Below, piece after piece: positions 31,281 to 40,963 of a DNA stretch of 64,000 nucleotides. A model generated the notes under the pieces. The model did no database searches. It was given only the letters and a program-made list of their open reading frames with translations, and was not told the origin of the DNA. Both the position numbers and the translations under genes were made by a program. The DNA comes from Acidobacteriota bacterium (GTDB taxonomy: Bacteria > Acidobacteriota > UBA890 > WLXD01), in contig CAXWPH010000006.1 of the NCBI GenBank assembly GCA_963666055.2, positions 192,001 to 256,000 of the forward strand, given 5' to 3'. Every line of letters starts with the position of its first letter. Position 1 is the first letter of the stretch.

Positions 31281-32411
31281 ATGCTCTATTCCGATCCGAT
31301 AACGAGCATCACCTGGGATGACATTGAGACGTTTTGCGCCGAGGGGATTCCTTAGAACGCGTATCTCGACTACAAGCAACAATTCTCAGCGACCCTAAAG
31401 AAGACGCTAGCCGCCATGGCCAACACGTTCGGCGGCCTCATTCTGATTGGCGTTGCGGATGATGACAGCAGGCCGATAACTCCGATCTCGGGAATCGACT
31501 TCGATACGGGCCTCCAAGAACGGATCACGAACATCATCCTCTCGAACATTGTGCCGCCGGTCTTCCCCGAAATTGCGGTCTGTCGGAACGACACTGGTAA
31601 CAAGGCCGTCGTCGTTATTCGCATTCCGGAGAGCGACCATACTCCCCATGCGATTGCGCAAAACACCAAGGTTTACCTGCGCACAGGCAATGTTACGGAA
31701 CCGCACGAGCTCGCCACTGTTGACCGGATCGACTGGCTCAAGGAACATCGGCGGCGGGCTGTTGAACTTCGAGAGGAGATCCTTCAAAACGCAGCCGACC
31801 GCTTCGAACGCGTGTATAAGTTGTGCGTTCCGACTTGGAATAGGGGTGATGTACGGGTGGCCTATTACCCGGGAGGCGGCTGGCTCACCCTTACGGCATG
31901 CCCGCTTTTCCCGCTCAAGGTGTTGGCGGATCCTCCGGTTCTGCAGCAGCACTATCAAGACATCCAGGTCGCCGACACTTCCCTCGACGGCGGACGGCTA
32001 CCGATGCCTACACATGTTCCCCAAACATATGCAGACGGATGCATCAATCCCGGAGCTCTGAGCGTGAACGTTCATTACGCCGACCTCAACGTTCTTGGCG
32101 GTTATTTCTACAGGCAGAGTCTCTATCCCCTCTGGATGGAGGAGCGTGCCCCGACGATCTACTTCGAAAGGTTCCTCCGGATCATCGATCGCTTCTTGGC
32201 ATCGGCCGCCACACACTACGAGCTGCTTGGATACCAAGGTAGCGTACGGCTGACACTAGGTCTCACCTGCGAGAACTGGGCGCTTATGCCTTCTCCCGCC
32301 CCTGACGGGCGGCTTCGATATCTTCTCGATAGAAAGATCTCTTATGAGGACACCATGTTCGTCGGCGCGTTACGCGAACGGAGCCGCTCATACTCCCTCT
32401 ACCTCTTGTAG
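31281..32411 (+). pseudogene. AlbA_2/Schlafen-domain protein with an in-frame amber codon
   Basis: ITWDDIETFCAEGIP*NAYLDYK...AAMANTFGGLILIGVAD...VYLRTG; TAG at 31353-31355. Confidence 0.8.
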
Positions 32412-32438
32412 AATCGAAGTCTGATCAAGCCAGGCCAA

Positions 32439-34433
32439 TTAGCTGAATTCTTTGAGCAGTCTTATTTCAACTCGGTCATCGCTATCGTTAAGCTCTCGGT
32501 CAATCAGAGCAGCAAGAGCTTGTCGGACTTCTTCAGACTGAACGCAGAAGATGACTACACTCCATCCTTCTAGCAAATCTTTCCTTAGGTTAGAGATCTC
32601 CTTCTGCAAAGAACCTTCCATAACAACTTCATAGGCAATCTTCTTATTGTGATTGATGATTCCCACGTCCACGCGTTTCGAGTCTAGGGAGAATTCAATC
32701 CCGCCAATATCGCTCTTCTGCTTCATCTTCTTCAAAATTAGGTGCTGCCAGAAGCGATGTGCGATGCTGCCGTTTCCTGGCATTGGCTTGTAGGCGATGT
32801 TCGCTGCATCTAGATACTCATATCCCTTTTCCATCGGAATGAGGATCTTCACTAAGCCGCCGCGAGTGCCTTTGTTTATGACCTCTTCACGGAGCAGCTC
32901 AGCTTCTTTCAGGCGTTGCGCATACTTGGAGAATGTTGACTCCGAAATCCTCATCTGCCTGGCGTGATCTTGCTGAGTGGCAAAATAATCGAAAACGATA
33001 GTCTTGAGAATGCTAAGCATCTTGTCTGGCAGAATACCCTCTAAAGTGGACTTCGGTTCTGGTTCCTCTCTAATGGGAATTGGCTCCCACTGCATATTCT
33101 TGAGTATGAACTCCAGACGATTATCAACTTCCTCTTGGGGGAGTGGCTGTGGTTTAGCGAAGTCGTCCACTGCAAGAAGGAAAGCACGAGGATAATTTGG
33201 TAGCAGAGCAACTGATCTGCGTTGGTCCTGCTTGAACGAAAGCTCGGCAAGGAAGTCTCCTTGCTCTCTGGTTAACCCAACATCATGAGTGATTTGGTAC
33301 CTTGAAGGTCCATCACTTGTCTGAAATACAATTTTGCTCTGGCAGTTAGTTCTCACAACTTGGTGAATCAAACTATAAGTTTGATCTGCCAAGATACAAC
33401 CAATTCCTAGCTTTCTCCCTGTCCTAAGCAGCTCCAGAAAGAAACTCTCTCCAAGATCTGCTTTAGCTGTAAGTGCATCTTTAGTGATGAATTGGGATAG
33501 CTCATCAAATACAAAGACCATCTCAAGATTTCTATCTCTTTTATAAGATCTTGAGGCTTTGTGGAGAGTTATCATATGAGAAACAAAAAACTGCCTCACG
33601 TCTTTTGAAACATTCCAAAGATCATAGATTCTTGATTTTCCAGCAAGATCTTCAACACGCTCCCCTCTTACGCATTGAAATGTTTCTAGAGTTCTCACCA
33701 TAGTTGCGAATCTTTGCAAAGACCCTACTTCAGGCGAATTCTTCTTGTAGTTAGGGACTTTCTCAAAAGCCTCTACGAATATTGGTGGTGTTATTGGATC
33801 AACACCTTTCTCAATGAGATCTAGGCAGATAGTTCTAAATAACTCTATTGTTCTATCTCTCCACCACAGAGCTTCTCTCAAGTAATCGCACATTGGCCCG
33901 AGCACCCATGCTTTTTGAGACATAGAGCTAGGACCAGTAAAGGGATTGATTTTGCAATCCCTAACATCAAGGCATTCTAAATAGGCAGGAGGGAAAAGAG
34001 GAGCAAGCACATCTTGATATTCCCCCTGAGTATCAAAGATATGAACAGGAACTCCTAGCTCAAGAAGTTGCTCTACTATCTGAGTTATAAGAACACTTTT
34101 CCCTTGTCTTGGTGGACCTGAGATAAAGACGTTAAGAAGAAGAGCCTGAAGGGGAAGGCATACTTGGCCACCTGAAACTAGAGTGCCGAGGTGGATCTCT
34201 CCCTGAAGCAACTCAGGATCAGGATCAGGAAGAAAAGGATGGAGTCGAGAATCATCAAGCTGGATTAGTTTCATGAATCTGTTTTGAAGGAATTCGACTC
34301 TCTCTGTGTTTTGTCTTCGAACAGCAAACGCAATGGCTCTCTGAACGCCAAGAGCTGGCCATAATCCAGCTGCTTGAGCTAAGGCTCTGAGGGTCTCCTC
34401 TGTCTCTGCCCACTCTGCTGCCTGGCCTATCAC
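32439..34433 (-). CDS. HerA/VirB4-like P-loop ATPase with C-terminal wHTH and PD-(D/E)xK-like domain
   Basis: GPPRQGKS, VFVFDE, RTGRKLGIGCILADQ; helix-turn-helix-like QQDHARQMRISESTFSKYAQRL; HRFWQ...RVDVG...IAYEV. Confidence 0.75.
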   Translation of the reverse strand: MIGQAAEWAETEETLRALAQAAGLWPALGVQRAIAFAVRRQNTERVEFLQNRFMKLIQLDDSRLHPFLPDPDPELLQGEIHLGTLVSGGQVCLPLQALLLNVFISGPPRQGKSVLITQIVEQLLELGVPVHIFDTQGEYQDVLAPLFPPAYLECLDVRDCKINPFTGPSSMSQKAWVLGPMCDYLREALWWRDRTIELFRTICLDLIEKGVDPITPPIFVEAFEKVPNYKKNSPEVGSLQRFATMVRTLETFQCVRGERVEDLAGKSRIYDLWNVSKDVRQFFVSHMITLHKASRSYKRDRNLEMVFVFDELSQFITKDALTAKADLGESFFLELLRTGRKLGIGCILADQTYSLIHQVVRTNCQSKIVFQTSDGPSRYQITHDVGLTREQGDFLAELSFKQDQRRSVALLPNYPRAFLLAVDDFAKPQPLPQEEVDNRLEFILKNMQWEPIPIREEPEPKSTLEGILPDKMLSILKTIVFDYFATQQDHARQMRISESTFSKYAQRLKEAELLREEVINKGTRGGLVKILIPMEKGYEYLDAANIAYKPMPGNGSIAHRFWQHLILKKMKQKSDIGGIEFSLDSKRVDVGIINHNKKIAYEVVMEGSLQKEISNLRKDLLEGWSVVIFCVQSEEVRQALAALIDRELNDSDDRVEIRLLKEFS

Positions 34434-34768
34434 TTCTTGAGGGCTCGCTGCACTTTCTGGAACAGCCAGTGGTCATGGCAGCAGAACTCTCCCCTCACCT
34501 GGGTTGAGTGTGGCCTGCAGATGATCCTTCCGCAGATGAAGCACTCTGTTGAGTGCTTCTCGCACAGCTCTCCATCGCACAAGCTGCACAGCGCTGCTAC
34601 GTCCTCGATCTTCTGGAGGACTCTGGAGCAGGTCGTGCACTTGGTTAACAGGATGAACTGGTCCTGGCTGGTCTCGTTCTCAATGGTCTGGGTCTCGATA
34701 ATTTTCTTGAGGCCAACCCAGAATTGCTTTCTTTTTCTCTCTTCGAGCAGGTTTGGAATCTCAAACAT
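34430..34768 (-). CDS. Small Cys/His-rich zinc-finger protein
   Basis: CTTC, CSLC, CEKH, CFIC, CRPH, CHDH; AGGAG/GGAG RBS; GTGA overlap with the ATPase gene. Confidence 0.7.
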   Translation of the reverse strand: MFEIPNLLEERKRKQFWVGLKKIIETQTIENETSQDQFILLTKCTTCSRVLQKIEDVAALCSLCDGELCEKHSTECFICGRIICRPHSTQVRGEFCCHDHWLFQKVQRALKK

Positions 34769-34925
34769 CGTCTCCAGCTCCTTCTAAGGCAAAGGAAAAG
34801 GACCCCCAGGAAAGCTGGAGGCCCTCGTGACCGGAGAATGCGACAAAAATGCGACAGCCCACAAGAAGCAGAAGCTAGATGAAACGCAAGAGCTTCTAAG
34901 TGGCTGTGAACAACGAAGTTGTAAG

Positions 34926-34999
34926 TGGGCCCTCCAGGACTCGAACCTGGGACAAACCGGTTATGAGCCGGCGGCTCTAACCAACTGAGCTAAGGGCCC
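34926..34999 (-). tRNA. tRNA-Ile2 (CAT anticodon, lysidine type)
   Basis: GGGCCCTTAGCTCAGTTGGTTAGAGCCGCCGGCTCATAACCGGTTTGTCCCAGGTTCGAGTCCTGGAGGGCCCA; ileX-like body, elongator Met not fully excluded. Confidence 0.88.
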
Positions 35000-35173
35000 T
35001 GCATGAGGGTGCTTGGCGGCAAGCCGGACTGACCGGAGGCCGAGCGCCTAACCTCATTCTAACTGGGTTCGGATGGCACGGCGGTCGACCTGCTTAGCTC
35101 CGCAATCCCTCTCCGTACTGGCTGATAGGCTCCGCAGCGTCGCCGGCCTGTCTTTGGCTAGGTGACCCCTACA

Positions 35174-35334
35174 GCGGCTACGCGGTGGAAAAGCGGATCG
35201 CATACAGCTATCTTCCCGCGACCCATGCACGGGTGGGAGGCAATGTCGAGATCGAGTACTTCGGCGAGCCGTACCCAGCGAGCGTCGCTGCCGAGCCACT
35301 GCTCGACCCTGACGGCGCACGGTTGAAGCGTTGA
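35174..35334 (+). pseudogene. GcvT-family C-terminal fragment
   Basis: GYAVEKRIAYSYLP...VEIEYFGEPYPASVAAEPLLDPDGARLKR*. Confidence 0.7.
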
Positions 35335-35356
35335 GACGCGAGGAGCACACGGCCTG

Positions 35357-36742
35357 GTGATTGCGACAAGCTTTCTGTTGTTCTTGTTTGGGTTCCTCGC
35401 CATCGGCATCTACTCGTCGACGCGTCGCAAGCAGACGACCGACGACTACCTGCTGGCCGGGCGCGAGGTCGGGCCATGGCTCGTCGCACTTTCGGCGGTT
35501 TCCACCGCCAACAGCGGCTTCATGTTCATCGGGCTCATCGGCGCCACGTATGCCTTCGGGCTATCGTCCATGTGGATCATGGTGGGCTGGGTGTTCGGCG
35601 ACTATCTGGCCTGGCGAACGATTCACAAGCCACTGCGAGAACGCAGCGAGCGCGTTGGCGCCAGCAGCGTCACACGGTTTCTCGGCACGTCAGAGACCGG
35701 GGAGCACCAGCGGGAAATCGTCTCGGTAGCGGCGCTCTCGAGCATGATCTTTCTGGGTACGTACGCGGGGGCACAGCTTACCGCCGGCAGCAAGGCGCTC
35801 TCGGTGCTATTCGGGTGGGACTACAGCGTCGGCATACTGTTGGGCGCGGCGATCGTGGTCACCTACTGCTTTGCGGGCGGCATTCGCGCCTCCATCTGGA
35901 CCGACGGTGCTCAGGCCACGGTGATGTTCGTGGCGATGTTCGTGTTGTTGGCGGTGGCGCTGACAGAGATCGGCGGCTTCGGCGAGATGTGGCGGCAACT
36001 CGCGGCGATCGATCCGACTTTGATCGACTGGAGACCGGCGAATCTACAGTACGGCTTCGCGCTATTTCTGATCAGCTGGGTAGCCGCCGGCATCGGCGTC
36101 CTGGGCCAGCCGCATGTGATGATCCGGCCGATGACGATCGATTCCAGCGACCACATCGCGCTGGCTCGACGCATCTACACCACGTACTACAGCCTGTTTT
36201 CCGCCGCCGCGATTACCGTCGGTCTCGCGGCGCGGGTTCTCCTTCCGGTGGTCGAAGAGTTCGATCCGGAGCTCGGGTTACCCTACCTTGCTCAGCTATT
36301 GCTGCCGGAGGTCATGGTGGGCTTCATCCTCGCTGGGGTGTTCGCAGCGACGATCTCAACGGCGGACTCGCTGATCCTCGCCTGCTCGGCAGCGCTGACC
36401 CAGGACCTGGCGCCGCGCTGGGGCTCTTCCTACGCGAAGGCGAAGCTGGGAACGCTGCTGGTCACCGCCGGTGTCGTGCTGTTCGTGTTTTCTGGCGGTC
36501 AGAGTGTGTTCGACCTGGTGGTTCTGTCATGGTCGGCGTTGGGCGGCACCCTGGGCCCCTTGCTGGCGCTGCGTGCCCTTGGCAAGCCGGTCAGCAATCG
36601 GCTGGGGATCACCATGATGGCAGTCGCCCTGGCGGTCATGCTGCTGTGGCGGGCTTTCGGCGATCCCGCTTCGATGTATGAGATTCTTCCGGGAATGCTG
36701 GCCGGCTTCTTGGTCTACGCGATCGGCCGCGCCCGTCAGTAG
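35357..36742 (+). CDS. Sodium:solute symporter (PutP-like)
   Basis: DYLLAGR, ALSAVST.NSGFMFIG, GGIRASIWTD, LGQPH, AATISTADS. Confidence 0.9.
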   Translation: MIATSFLLFLFGFLAIGIYSSTRRKQTTDDYLLAGREVGPWLVALSAVSTANSGFMFIGLIGATYAFGLSSMWIMVGWVFGDYLAWRTIHKPLRERSERVGASSVTRFLGTSETGEHQREIVSVAALSSMIFLGTYAGAQLTAGSKALSVLFGWDYSVGILLGAAIVVTYCFAGGIRASIWTDGAQATVMFVAMFVLLAVALTEIGGFGEMWRQLAAIDPTLIDWRPANLQYGFALFLISWVAAGIGVLGQPHVMIRPMTIDSSDHIALARRIYTTYYSLFSAAAITVGLAARVLLPVVEEFDPELGLPYLAQLLLPEVMVGFILAGVFAATISTADSLILACSAALTQDLAPRWGSSYAKAKLGTLLVTAGVVLFVFSGGQSVFDLVVLSWSALGGTLGPLLALRALGKPVSNRLGITMMAVALAVMLLWRAFGDPASMYEILPGMLAGFLVYAIGRARQ

Positions 36743-36761
36743 CACCGCAGGGCAGGCCAAC

Positions 36762-38537
36762 CTAGCCGGATCTGAGCCGTTGTGCCAGCGCCTCTCTGCG
36801 ACGCTGCAGCTCTTCAACCTCGCCATCCCCGGACTGCAGAGCCGTCGCGATCTGCCTACCCAGGCTGCGAAACTCTCGCCGTAACGTGTCCCGGCGGATT
36901 CCTTCCGCACAGTTAACCGCATGCCCGTGGTCCCACTCCTCGCTATCGTCGAGCACCAGCCTCGTCAGCAGCTGCGCCGCTCCCTCGACTTCGCATCCCT
37001 CTAACAAATCCTCGACGCGCTCGGGTGCAGCACCCGCGGCAGCCAATGCACCCAGCAGCGCCTCCACGCGCGGGTCGGTGATCCCATCGCCGTAGATCGG
37101 TTGGAGCTCGGGCAACCAATCGGGATGGGTCAATAACGCGCGAGCCAGGTCACGTTCTGCGACCGGGACCTCGGCGAGCCGAGCGGCCGCCGAGGCGGCT
37201 GCCACAAGATGCTCGTCCGGGGGGCCGCCGCGCCGCTGGCGCGCACGCTGACGGAGCTCCGAGAAGCGACGCTCGACCAGATGGCGGGAGATTTCCAACG
37301 CGTCGCCGATGCGACCGATCCACTCGGCGCGCTCCACGCGGTCTTCGACGTCGAGCACGAAACCGAGCAACGAGGTGAGCGCCTGCGCCTTGCCCTGCGG
37401 GCTTCGCAGGTCGCCGCGGTCCGCTGCCCTGGCGACCAGGAAGCTGAGCGCCGGAAACGATCGCCGCAGCGCCTCCGACAAGCCCTCGGCGCCGCGTTCG
37501 CTCAGGAACGAGTCGGGGTCCTGCCCACTCGGCAACTGCACCACCGTGACCTGGAACCCGGCCGGCAGAAACACGCCGACCGTGCGCTCAGCGGCGGCGC
37601 GCCCGGCATTGTCGCCATCGAACACGATCACCGCCTTTGCGGTGTGCGACGACAGCGCCCGAGCGTGCTCCGCAGTGAACGCCGTGCCGAGCGGCGCGAC
37701 GACGTTGGTGAACCCGTGCTGGTCACAGGCGAGTAGGTCGAGCTGGCCTTCGACCAGCATGACGAACCCAGTCTGCCGGATACCGTCTCGCGCCTCGCGC
37801 AGGCCGTAGAGTGTCCGACTCTTGTTGAACACCGGCGTCTCGGGGGAGTTCAGGTACTTGGGCTCACCCTCCCCGAGCAGGCGGCCGCTGAAGGCGATGG
37901 GTCGGCCGCGGCTGTCGCTAATCGGAAACACCACCCGATCGCGTAGCAGGTCGTAGACGCCGCTACCATCGGCACGCTTGCGCACCAGGCCAGCCAGTTC
38001 CAGCTCTGCAATCGTGAAGCCGCGCTTCTCGAGCGCGTTCTGGAGCGTGCCCCAACCGCCGGGTGCGAAGCCGAGGCCGAATCTCGACACAACACCCTCT
38101 TCGACGCCCCGCCCGCTCAGGTAGGCGCGCGCCGCCGCACCCCGCTCGCCCTGAAGCTCGGCGACATAAAACTCCGCGGCAGCGCGCAAAGCCTGGAGGA
38201 TACGCTCTCGATCGACCTTGGGTCCCTGCTGATGGGGTCCACGGCTCGACTCGGGGATCGCAACTCCGCCCAGCTCCGCCAAGCTCCGCACCGCTTCGGC
38301 AAAGTCGATGCCCTCGTGCTGTTGCACGAACCTGAACAAATCGCCGCCCTCGCCGCAGCCGAAGCAGTGCCACAGGCCCTCGTCGTTCACCGTGAACGAC
38401 GGGGTCTTCTCCTGGTGGAAGGGACATAGCCCAACCCAGCGCGCACCGCGCTTCCTCAACGCCACCACCTCGCCGATCAGCCGCACCGGATCGGCGGAAC
38501 GTTTTACCTCGTCGATGAAGGAACGCGGCCAGGCCAT
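36762..38537 (-). CDS. dnaG: DNA primase
   Basis: CPFHQEKTPSF...HCFGC zinc finger, PKYLNSPET, VEGQLD, FDGDNAG, DPD. Confidence 0.96.
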   Translation of the reverse strand: MAWPRSFIDEVKRSADPVRLIGEVVALRKRGARWVGLCPFHQEKTPSFTVNDEGLWHCFGCGEGGDLFRFVQQHEGIDFAEAVRSLAELGGVAIPESSRGPHQQGPKVDRERILQALRAAAEFYVAELQGERGAAARAYLSGRGVEEGVVSRFGLGFAPGGWGTLQNALEKRGFTIAELELAGLVRKRADGSGVYDLLRDRVVFPISDSRGRPIAFSGRLLGEGEPKYLNSPETPVFNKSRTLYGLREARDGIRQTGFVMLVEGQLDLLACDQHGFTNVVAPLGTAFTAEHARALSSHTAKAVIVFDGDNAGRAAAERTVGVFLPAGFQVTVVQLPSGQDPDSFLSERGAEGLSEALRRSFPALSFLVARAADRGDLRSPQGKAQALTSLLGFVLDVEDRVERAEWIGRIGDALEISRHLVERRFSELRQRARQRRGGPPDEHLVAAASAAARLAEVPVAERDLARALLTHPDWLPELQPIYGDGITDPRVEALLGALAAAGAAPERVEDLLEGCEVEGAAQLLTRLVLDDSEEWDHGHAVNCAEGIRRDTLRREFRSLGRQIATALQSGDGEVEELQRRREALAQRLRSG

Positions 38538-38539
38538 CC

Positions 38540-40957
38540 TCAGTCCTCGAGCCTAACCAGGGTTACCCCACCGCCACCACTCATCGGATCGGCGGTGGCG
38601 AAGCGGACCACGTCGGGGCGCCCGCCAAGGTAGCGGTGGATCGCGTCGCGCAGCCGCAGCTTGCCGAAGCCGTGGATCAAGCGCACTTCGGGCAACCCCG
38701 CGAGTACCGCGTCGTCGAGATATCTCTCAACCTCTGCGATCGCCTCCTCCACTCGTTTACCGTGCAGGTCGATCTCTGCACCCACATCGGGGCGCCGATG
38801 GTACGTCGGAGAACGCGGGCGCCGGCGCTTCCTGACCTGGGGTTCACGCGTGATCTGATCACGGCGAACGACCAGTCGCTTGCCGCCGACGCCAACCTCG
38901 ATCGCCGATGCGTCGTCGGTGTCCGGCGCCCACGCTCGGAGAACGGCACCGCCGAGATCGAAGGGCGCGACACGTACCGTCTCACCGCGCTTGAGGGCGC
39001 CCAGATCACGCTCGAGCTCGGTCGAGGCCGGAGCTGCGGTCCGCCGCTGGCCGCTCAGGCTCTCGCGTACCGAACGCCGAGCTTCAGCGTGTAGCTGGCC
39101 GGCGCTCGCCGCCCATCTCGCCCGGCGATCGGCACGCGCCCGCTCGGACCCCACTTCCGAACCTGTCTCGAGCTCCGCCAGCTTTCCCTCTCCGCGCCGC
39201 CGCAACGTTTCGACGGCCCGCTTTACCGCCTCATCGGCGTCGCGTTCGAAGGCATGCTGCGCCTTGACGCGCTCACCATCGAGGCGTTCCAGCCGCGCGC
39301 GCTCCTCAGCGAGCAGGGCGCGCTGCGCCGCCAGCTCGTCGCGCTCCCGTTCGATCGCGCGAGTGTCCGACTCCAGGTCTCGGATAACCGCGTCGAGCTG
39401 CACCGCACCCGACGTCAGCAGCCCCTTGGCCCGCTCGATGAGCGTCGCATCGACTCCGTGGCGCGCCGCGATCTCCAGCGCGTTGCTCCGGCCCGGCCTA
39501 CCCAGTCTGACGCGGTAGGTGGGGGCGAGGGTCTCGGAATCGAACTCCATCGCCGCGTTCAACACGTCGTCACGGCGGTGGGCGAACGACTTGAGGGCAT
39601 CGTGATGCGTCGACACCACGACCATTGCCCCAGCCTGCAAGAAATGTTCGACCAGCGCGATACCGAGCGCCGCGCCTTCCGCCGGATCGGTGCCGGTGCC
39701 GAGCTCGTCAAGCAACACGAGCGAGCCCACCGGACAGTCGCCCACGAAGTCCACGATATGGCGCAGGTGGCCGGAGAACGTTGAGAGGTTGGCGGTAACG
39801 CTCTGCTCATCGCCGATGTCCGCGTGAATACGCGGGAAGATCACCAGCCTGGCCTCGGTGGCCGGTACCGGCAGGCCGCTTTGCGCCATCGCCGCCAGCA
39901 GGCCGATGGTCTTGAGCGCCACGGTTTTTCCGCCCGTGTTGGGCCCCGTGATAACCAGCGCGCCGATTCCGGCCGGAATCTCCAAGTCCAACGGAACAAC
40001 GCTGCTGGATGCCAGCAGCGGGTGCCTCGCGCCCCGCAGCCTCAAGCCGCTGGCGGCCCATTGCGGTCGCACCGCGCACTCCGATTCGGCGTACCGCGCC
40101 GTCGCCTGCAGCGCATCGGCGGCAGCCACCGTTGCCTCGGCGACGATCAGCGCGTCGCGCGCCGCGCCCACGTGGGCGCTCGCTTCCGTCAGCAAGCGTC
40201 GAACCTCGGCGCGCTCCGCGGCGACGAGCTCGGCAATGCGATTCTGATCGTCCAGAACATCGAGCGGCTCCACGAAGATCGTCTGGCCAGACGACGAGGC
40301 GTCGTGCACGACGCCGGGCAGCCGATCGCGCTGGCTGGACCGCACCGGCACCACCATGCGACCGCCACGCTCGGTTACCAGCGCGTCCTGTAGCACATCG
40401 CCGAGATCCGGATCACGGGTCAGCTTCTCGAGGCGATGGCGCAGGTCGACGCGCCGCCCCTGGACTTGCCGTCGAACGCGCCGTAGCTCCGGCGAGGCAT
40501 CATCGCGGATTTGCCCTTCCGGGTCGATCAGTCGATCAATTTGGTCGCAGAGCGGACGCAGCGAGGGCGCCTGTCCGACGAGCGCTGCTAGGGCTGGCCA
40601 GCGCTCGGTATCCGCCCGATAGTGCTGGCGGAGCTCCGTACAGACCCTCGCCGTGGCGGCGACTCGCTGCAAGGCCGCCGGCTCGAGCACGACTCCCGCC
40701 GTCGCTACTGCGGCGAGCTCGGCATCGATCGGCGATGCGGCAGCCAGCGCGACGAAGCCACGCGCCGCAGCGAAGTCTCGCGCCTGCTCGACAGCATCGT
40801 GCCGGCGCTCGGCCTCCTCAACGTCCGAGCTCGGCTCGAGAGCGCGGATACGATCCGCGCCGAGGCTCGACTGAGCGTTGCCGGCGACCTGGTCGAGCAC
40901 CAAATCGAGCTCCAGGACCCGACGCGATGCTCCGGTGACTCCGCACTTGGACGCCAT
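38540..40957 (-). CDS. mutS2: Endonuclease MutS2
   Basis: ITGPNTGGKT, ADIGDEQS, LSTFSGH, DELGTGTDP, Smr domain (IDLHG...IHGFG). Confidence 0.95.
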   Translation of the reverse strand: MASKCGVTGASRRVLELDLVLDQVAGNAQSSLGADRIRALEPSSDVEEAERRHDAVEQARDFAAARGFVALAAASPIDAELAAVATAGVVLEPAALQRVAATARVCTELRQHYRADTERWPALAALVGQAPSLRPLCDQIDRLIDPEGQIRDDASPELRRVRRQVQGRRVDLRHRLEKLTRDPDLGDVLQDALVTERGGRMVVPVRSSQRDRLPGVVHDASSSGQTIFVEPLDVLDDQNRIAELVAAERAEVRRLLTEASAHVGAARDALIVAEATVAAADALQATARYAESECAVRPQWAASGLRLRGARHPLLASSSVVPLDLEIPAGIGALVITGPNTGGKTVALKTIGLLAAMAQSGLPVPATEARLVIFPRIHADIGDEQSVTANLSTFSGHLRHIVDFVGDCPVGSLVLLDELGTGTDPAEGAALGIALVEHFLQAGAMVVVSTHHDALKSFAHRRDDVLNAAMEFDSETLAPTYRVRLGRPGRSNALEIAARHGVDATLIERAKGLLTSGAVQLDAVIRDLESDTRAIERERDELAAQRALLAEERARLERLDGERVKAQHAFERDADEAVKRAVETLRRRGEGKLAELETGSEVGSERARADRRARWAASAGQLHAEARRSVRESLSGQRRTAAPASTELERDLGALKRGETVRVAPFDLGGAVLRAWAPDTDDASAIEVGVGGKRLVVRRDQITREPQVRKRRRPRSPTYHRRPDVGAEIDLHGKRVEEAIAEVERYLDDAVLAGLPEVRLIHGFGKLRLRDAIHRYLGGRPDVVRFATADPMSGGGGVTLVRLED

Positions 40958-40963
40958 GACGGC

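Larger units (their letters stand above)
21174..34967. mobile_element. Decayed genomic island integrated at tRNA-Ile2
   Basis: 44-bp direct repeat at 21174-21217 and 34924-34967, integrase remnant, IS fragments, defence-like cargo. Confidence 0.85.
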
